From NCBI RefSeq assembly GCF_009914755.1, contig NC_060930.1: DNA of 64,000 nt, one strand, 5' to 3'. Shown piece by piece: positions 54,761 to 64,000 of the stretch. The notes under the pieces were generated by a model. The model ran no database searches. It saw nothing but the letters and a program-made list of their open reading frames with translations, and was not told the DNA's origin. Within the stretch, counting starts at the first letter, position 1, and every line of letters begins with the position of its first letter. Position numbers and translations under genes: made by a program. Source of the DNA: the human T2T-CHM13v2.0 reference genome, Homo sapiens.

Positions 54761-54901
54761 TGGGTCCAGGAGTTTGGGAAGTTTACAGTGCGCTGTGATC
54801 ATGCCACTTTGTTCCCGGAACCAAGCTGGGTCCAGGAGTTTGGGAAGTTTACAGTGTGCTGTGATCATGCCACTTTGTTCCCGGAACCAAGCTGGGTCCA
54901 G
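54761..54901. repeat. 66-bp tandem duplication spanning the Alu/LTR junction
   Basis: TGGGTCCAG recurs at 54761, 54827 and 54893; the two copies differ by one C/T at a CpG. Confidence 0.95.
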
Positions 54902-55575
54902 CTGTGTTTTCTGGAGGCCCAATAACAGGAAGCAGACAAACTAGGAAAGAAGGGAATTTATTGCTATAACCAGATACAAGGAGAAGGCCAGAGATAATTC
55001 CACCAGACCAACTCAAAGTGTTGCAATTTTCTTAGTGCTTATATAGGTTGGGGTTATGTGCCTTCATGCAGTATAGCATTGGCCTAAGTCTACTGGTAAC
55101 TAATTTTGTTTCAACTAGAAGGTCAGAGACAAAAATGCTTGCTAAGTCTGATTAAAAGGGCCCCAGTACCTTCAAGGCCTGTCTACTGTGGTACCGGAGT
55201 GATTATTTCTATCTTATCTCCTTTACAGCTTGGTCCAGAGAGCTGCCTTAGACTCTCCAATGAATGTGTTCAAACAGCTGCCTCTGTTACCTTGACTCAT
55301 CTCAGATACGGGTCCTGGCGCTAGGAATCAAAGACTGTCTCTATTATTTTGGCTTGCTCCAGGTTGGGCAGAAGCCCATGCAAGGCTACTACTGATCATG
55401 TTTCATTTCTAGCTTTGATGTCTGGGCACTGATTTCCCTAGGTTTAACTATTTGCTCAATGTCAAGGCAGTGCTGTGGAAATCTGTCTGTGTAACTGGAG
55501 TGCTATGCAGACCTGTCTGTGTGACTGTCATGCAGGCCTGTCTGTGTGATTGTCAGGGAGAATTGGCCTGCCACA
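54810..55575 (-). mobile_element. ERV solo LTR (ERV1-type by 4-bp TSD) inserted in an Alu
   Basis: TG...CA termini flanked by ACTT (54806-54809 and 55576-55579). It splits the Alu right arm GCCACTT|CACTGCAGCCTGGG. Family and strand are by resemblance only. Confidence 0.8.
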
Positions 55576-56499
55576 ACTTCACTGCAGCCTGGGTGACAGA
55601 CACAGACACCATCTCTTAAAAAAAGAAAAAAGAAAAAAAAATAGGCAAATGATCTGAACAGATATTTCTCAGTAAGACATACAAATGGCCAACAGGTATA
55701 TGAAAAAAATGCTCAACATCACTGATCACCAGGGAAATGCGTATCAAAACCACAGTGAGGTAACATCTCACCCCAGGAAGTATGGCTATTATCAAAAAGA
55801 CAAAAACAAAACAAATTCTAGTGAAGATGTGGAGAAAAGCGAACTCTAATACACTGTGGGTATGAATGTAAACCAGTGCAGCCACTATGGAGACAGCATC
55901 GTTCACAATAGATAACATAGGGAATCAACTTAAGTGTCCAACAACAGATGAATAGATAAAGAAAATGTGGCATATATACACAATGGAATATTATTCATCC
56001 ATAAAACAGAATGAAATCCTGTCATTTTTGGCAACAGGGATGATCATTATGTTAAGTGAAATAAGCGAGGAATAGAAAGTTAAACACTGCATGTTCTCAT
56101 TTGTATACGGAAGCTAAAAAGAAAAAGGTTAATCTCATAGAAGTAAAAAGTAGAACAGAGGATACAAGAGGCTGGAAAGGGCAGGGGGAAGGGAAAGGTA
56201 GGGAGAGATTTATTAAAGGATACAAAATTACAGCTAGATGGGAAGAATAAGTTCTAATGTTCAATACCCCTGTGGGATTACTATAGTTAACAATAGTATA
56301 TATTTTCAAGTAGCTAGAAGGAGGATTTTGAATGTTCCCAACATAAAAAAATGATAAATGTTTGCAGTAATAGATATGCTAATTACCCTGATCTGACCTT
56401 TATACATTATATGTATCAAAACATCATTATTTGCCCTATGAAAATGTATAATTAAAATATTAAATAAAATCAAATTTTAAAAAAGGATTTTCTAATATG

Positions 56500-59870
<3,371 letters not shown>

Positions 59871-60164
59871 TCTTGTAGTCCCACTTCATACCAAATTCCC
59901 TTTTTCTTCTTACATTCTAGATTTGGCCTTCATTCAGTTCCTCATATGAAGAAGGTGCTATTCCTGTGCCTCTAACGACCCCCTCATTCTCTACGGCAAT
60001 TTAATCCCTGCTCAGCCTTAAGTTGTCAGATGAATCTTGACTTCCTCAGAGAAGCCCTGCTTGCCCCACCCAAGTCAAGCCCTCCCATTCCCCATCCTGG
60101 GTCAAGCACCTGATGCTTCTTCTTTGTGGCGTTTAAGAATTGTGATTTTTTATTTTTTGCATAT

Positions 60165-60812
60165 ACCTCAAGTAAACCAAACTGCAAAGTTAAGGGCAGT
60201 GTCCTCCCCACTGCCAAGAGTGCCTAATACTTCTGACACCAACTACACGTTCAGGAGTTTCCCAAAACCACCCTCATATTCAATAATTTGCTATAATAGA
60301 AAAACTCACAGAACATTTGTTACAAGGAAAGGATACAAATTAGAATCAGCCTAAGAAAGAGGGCAGAGTCTGGGAGGTTTCCACATACGTGAGGCTTTGG
60401 TTGTCTCAGGATGCCTTATGCCCATAGCATCTATATGTGACAATACACATAAAGTATTGTCTATCCAGGAAGCTCACCAGAGCTCTACTGTCCAAACTTT
60501 TTATTGGAGCTTCATAATGTAGGCATGATTGATCGGTTGATTGACTGCACATGTGGTTGAACTCAGTCTCTAAATCATATGGTTGGTCTTTCTGGATTTC
60601 AAGCTGTGGCCAGCTGCCACCCTAAGGCTATTGCATGACTTGGCCCCACCGTGAGTCAGCTCATTAGCATAAACTATCAGGCATGGTCCCAGGAGCTCAT
60701 GATGAGTGGCGAAGATACTCCTGTCAGTCAAGAAATTCCAAGGAACAGTTACTTCCCAGGAACTGGGACAAAGGCCAGATCATTCTTTGAGCAGGGCAAA
60801 ATTCTTGCTACA
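60165..60812. mobile_element. MER21-like LTR fragment
   Basis: ACTTCTGACACCAAC..AACTCACAGAAC..CATTAGCATAAACT..GAAATTCCAAGG resembles MER21. Confidence 0.6.
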
Positions 60813-62183
60813 CAGCCTGGTTTGTAAATAAGTCTCCCCTTCACCCCTCAGACTGTAAGCTCCAAAACGACATGGATCACATCTGGTTTTGCTCCCAGTT
60901 TTATCCCTCACACCTAGCGTAGTGGTTGGCAAATACTGAGAATCTGTGTAACATGGACTTGGGAGGCAGCCAGTCTGAATTTGAATCTTGGCTCTTCTCT
61001 TCACTAACTATGTTTGACTCTGGACAAATTACTTTACTTCTTCTTGCCTAATTGACTTCATCTGGAAATGGCAGGTAAAGATAATACCTATCTCAGAGAG
61101 TTGCAATGAGTATTGGATGAAAGAACATCAGTTAAGATCTCAGAATAGTGCCTAGCACAGAGAAAAAATAAACTAGATAAATGTTTAATATTATTAAATG
61201 CTCAATAAGTAATTACTGATGGAATAAGTGTCTGGTACATGAGAGGTGCTTAATAAATGTTTTTGAAAGAACAGAAAATAAGATTTTCTTCTTTAGTAGA
61301 TTTTCCTTTAATATAGTACCAGATATACCGATTTGCACATCATTAATTATTCTAAAATTGTAGCTCAATAATATGCTTAAGAAAAGTACAAAAAAAGTTT
61401 CAGAGTTTTTTCACCTCTCCAGCAGGCTGTGCCCTCAACCATATAGTGAGGAACTGAATTAGACAAGGTTCAAGATCTCTTCCAACTCCAACAACATGTT
61501 ATTTGTCCTTAGGAAACAAACTAGATATAACAACAGAGAAGACCATTTTACATGGAGGCATGAAAACTTTGAATGTGTAAGTTTCCATTTGAAAAAAGGA
61601 ACAAAGAAAATATTCCATTGATTACCAAAATTCATCTTTAATATATCACAACACAGGTTTGAATTGTGGCAGTGCATTTTTAATAATTTGATGAAATTTG
61701 ACTCCCTTGTAAACCATACACGAAGGTCATAGAAAATTTATTTTCATCTTTGAGAAATGGCTAGTTTTATCTTGGCACATAAACAGGCCTAATGTGAGCT
61801 TCTAGAAGGTGATTGATAATAGAATCAGTAATAGCTCCAAACAAGAGATTCAACTCAACACCTTCAAATAAAACCCCTAGCAACTAGAAAAAAAAGAATC
61901 AACTTTTAAAACATTCTTTTTAGTTACAAAGTAATGCATATACATTTAACTGCAATGACCAAATGTTTTTAATTGCTTTATTATTATTAAGCAATTACTA
62001 AATTATTTAATAATAAAAGTAAATATGTTCCAAACACCTTTCCTGCCATGTTTATTTTCCAAAGATAGCAAATGTTAAGTTTGTTCTGCATATTTCTATG
62101 CACATACACTCAACAAAAAAATATGTACATATGCACCTATTATCAATGGTATTTGTAAAGTGTACTTTTTCTTGCCATTTTAG

Positions 62184-62404
62184 TGTTACCACAAGCAGTC
62201 ACCCAGTTTGAAGAATTGGTTGGTATGGCCGAGGCTCTGCTTAAGGGTGGGGGAACCATGTCTACATCTGCATCCACCCTCTGGAGAGCAACAAACAACT
62301 CCTCGCCAGATTCATTTGCCTCAACATGCAGTAATTCTAATTCTAACTCCAGTTCACCAGTTTCCTTAAAGCCTGAGGAAGAGCATCAGACTGATGAGAA
62401 ACAG
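62184..62404 (+). CDS. BEND6: BEND6 exon 4 (Ser/Asn-rich linker)
   Basis: Acceptor CCATTTTAG|. Phase-1 entry gives VLPQAVTQFEELVGMAEALLKGGG...KPEEEHQTDEKQ. Donor CAG|GTCAGT; 221 nt. The frame is continuous with exon 3. Confidence 0.92.
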
Positions 62405-62567
62405 GTCAGTTGTAATACCCGCCTTATTGTTCTTTGGAATATGCTTAAATAAAAAATTTAAATAAGGGTGGAAAATGATCATTGTTTTATCAGATAACTA
62501 TTGGATAAAATAGTTTTATTCAATAGGAATATTACAATTCTTAAGTACCACAAAGAAGAGGCATAAG

Positions 62568-62932
<365 letters not shown>

Positions 62933-63342
62933 TTAGGAGGGAGAAGAAGGTCTTCTCTGAGGAAGTCAAGATCAATCTGAGAACCAAAGGCATAAAACTG
63001 TTGTCCTTTTATAATAAAAACTAATATTTGTAAAACAAATACCCAGTTTAGAAAATTAAAGCAAATTGGGTACAAAGATAAAGTTATTAAACTTTAAAAT
63101 TCTCATACCAGTGACAGAAGGATACCTATGCATTCAGGGTTATACAATTTTATATCATTGAGAGGTAAATTTCAGCCTCAGCATGCTGGCTGAACACAAT
63201 TCTTTTTCTGTTTTTGTACTTAATCAAGACACAGATGCTAAAAAGACAGGAGTTTTGTTAGAATCAGGTAGCCTCAGTAAGTATACCATCAAAAATGATA
63301 AATATTAACTAACAATCTGACATTCAAAATATTTGAATCTTA

Positions 63343-63942
63343 GTGTATCAGTTACCTATTGCTATATAACACATTATCACAAATTTAGTGATTTCAAATG
63401 ACCCAAATTTATTATCTTAGAGTTCTATAGATCAGAAGTCTGGTACAGGTCTCACTAGACTGAAGTCAAGGTGTTAGCAGGTGCATTTCTTTCTGAAAGC
63501 TCTAGGGCAGAATCTGTTTCCTGCTCATCCAGGCTGTGGTAGAATTCATTTTCTTGTGGTTGTAAAACTGAATTCCCCATTTTCTTGCTGGTTGTAAACT
63601 GAAGGCCATTCCTACTTCTAGAAGCAATCACATTCCTTGGTTCACAGCCCACTTCGGCCATCTTCAAAGCCAGCAACAGCAAGTGAAGTCCCTCTCACAC
63701 TTCAGATCTTCCCTCCCTCTTCTGTCTCTTTTTCCTGATCTGCCCTTCTGCTTCCTTCTTCTGCTTTTAAGAACTCATGTGATTAAATTGGGCCCACCTA
63801 GGTAATCCAGGATAATCTCCCATCTCAAGGTACTTAACTTTAATCACATCTACAGAATTGTTTTTGCCCTGTGAGGCAACGTGTTATAGGTTTCAGGGAT
63901 TAGGATGTGACCTTTCAGAGGGCCATTATTCTGCCTACTACA
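63343..63942 (-). mobile_element. MLT1 LTR
   Basis: TGTATCAGTTACCTATTGC..AATCCAGGATAATCTCCCATCTCAAG..GGCCATTATTCTGCCTACTACA. Confidence 0.8.
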
Positions 63943-64000
63943 TTTACGATGAAGCACTGAGTATGGGACTAAGCCTGAAAGGACCAAATCCAGTTTACAT

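Larger units (their letters stand above)
54056..55640 (+). mobile_element. Alus 54056-54355 and 54598-55640 (the second split by the LTR)
   Basis: Alu consensus text either side of the LTR. Confidence 0.85.
53705..56475 (+). mobile_element. L1MA-like 3' half, interrupted by Alus and an LTR
   Basis: TACCCAAAGCAATGTACAGATT..AATACCAATGACATTTTTCACAGAAATAG through an L1MA-type 3'UTR ending in an A-rich tail. Confidence 0.85.

Noticed and set aside
54440-54922. 160-aa ORF with a 22-aa repeat
   Set aside because: A chimera of LTR, Alu and L1 antisense sequence; the repeat is the 66-bp duplication.
62183-62452. Standalone 89-aa ORF
   Set aside because: It is BEND6 exon 4; the GTG start borrows the acceptor G and the tail is intron read-through.

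Overview
Primate genomic DNA, almost certainly human. I recognise it from protein sequence as the head-to-head DST / BEND6 locus (chr6p12). A CpG island (~1.2-2.7 kb) drives two divergent genes. Leftward on the - strand are the first two coding exons of the transmembrane-anchored DST (dystonin/BPAG1) isoform-2 N-terminus. Rightward on the + strand is BEND6: non-coding exon 1 plus coding exons 2-4, with the BEN domain lying beyond the window. The rest is BEND6 intron, filled with about 40 Alus, L1/L2/MIR, MaLR/ERV LTRs, hAT and TcMar DNA-transposon relics, an OSTC processed pseudogene and an FTH1 processed pseudogene with a retained IRE. There is also a 5'-truncated SVA carrying 3'-transduced unique sequence. 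I see no CRISPR array, RNA gene or clearly new gene system. The best second-look items are: a candidate TM-less alternative first exon of DST, the SVA with stacked poly(A) tails and transduced DNA, a consensus NRF2/BACH ARE between the two genes, uORF-rich leaders on both genes, and the sense-oriented ferritin IRE inside BEND6 intron 3. Repeat boundaries and subfamily names are by eye and approximate.
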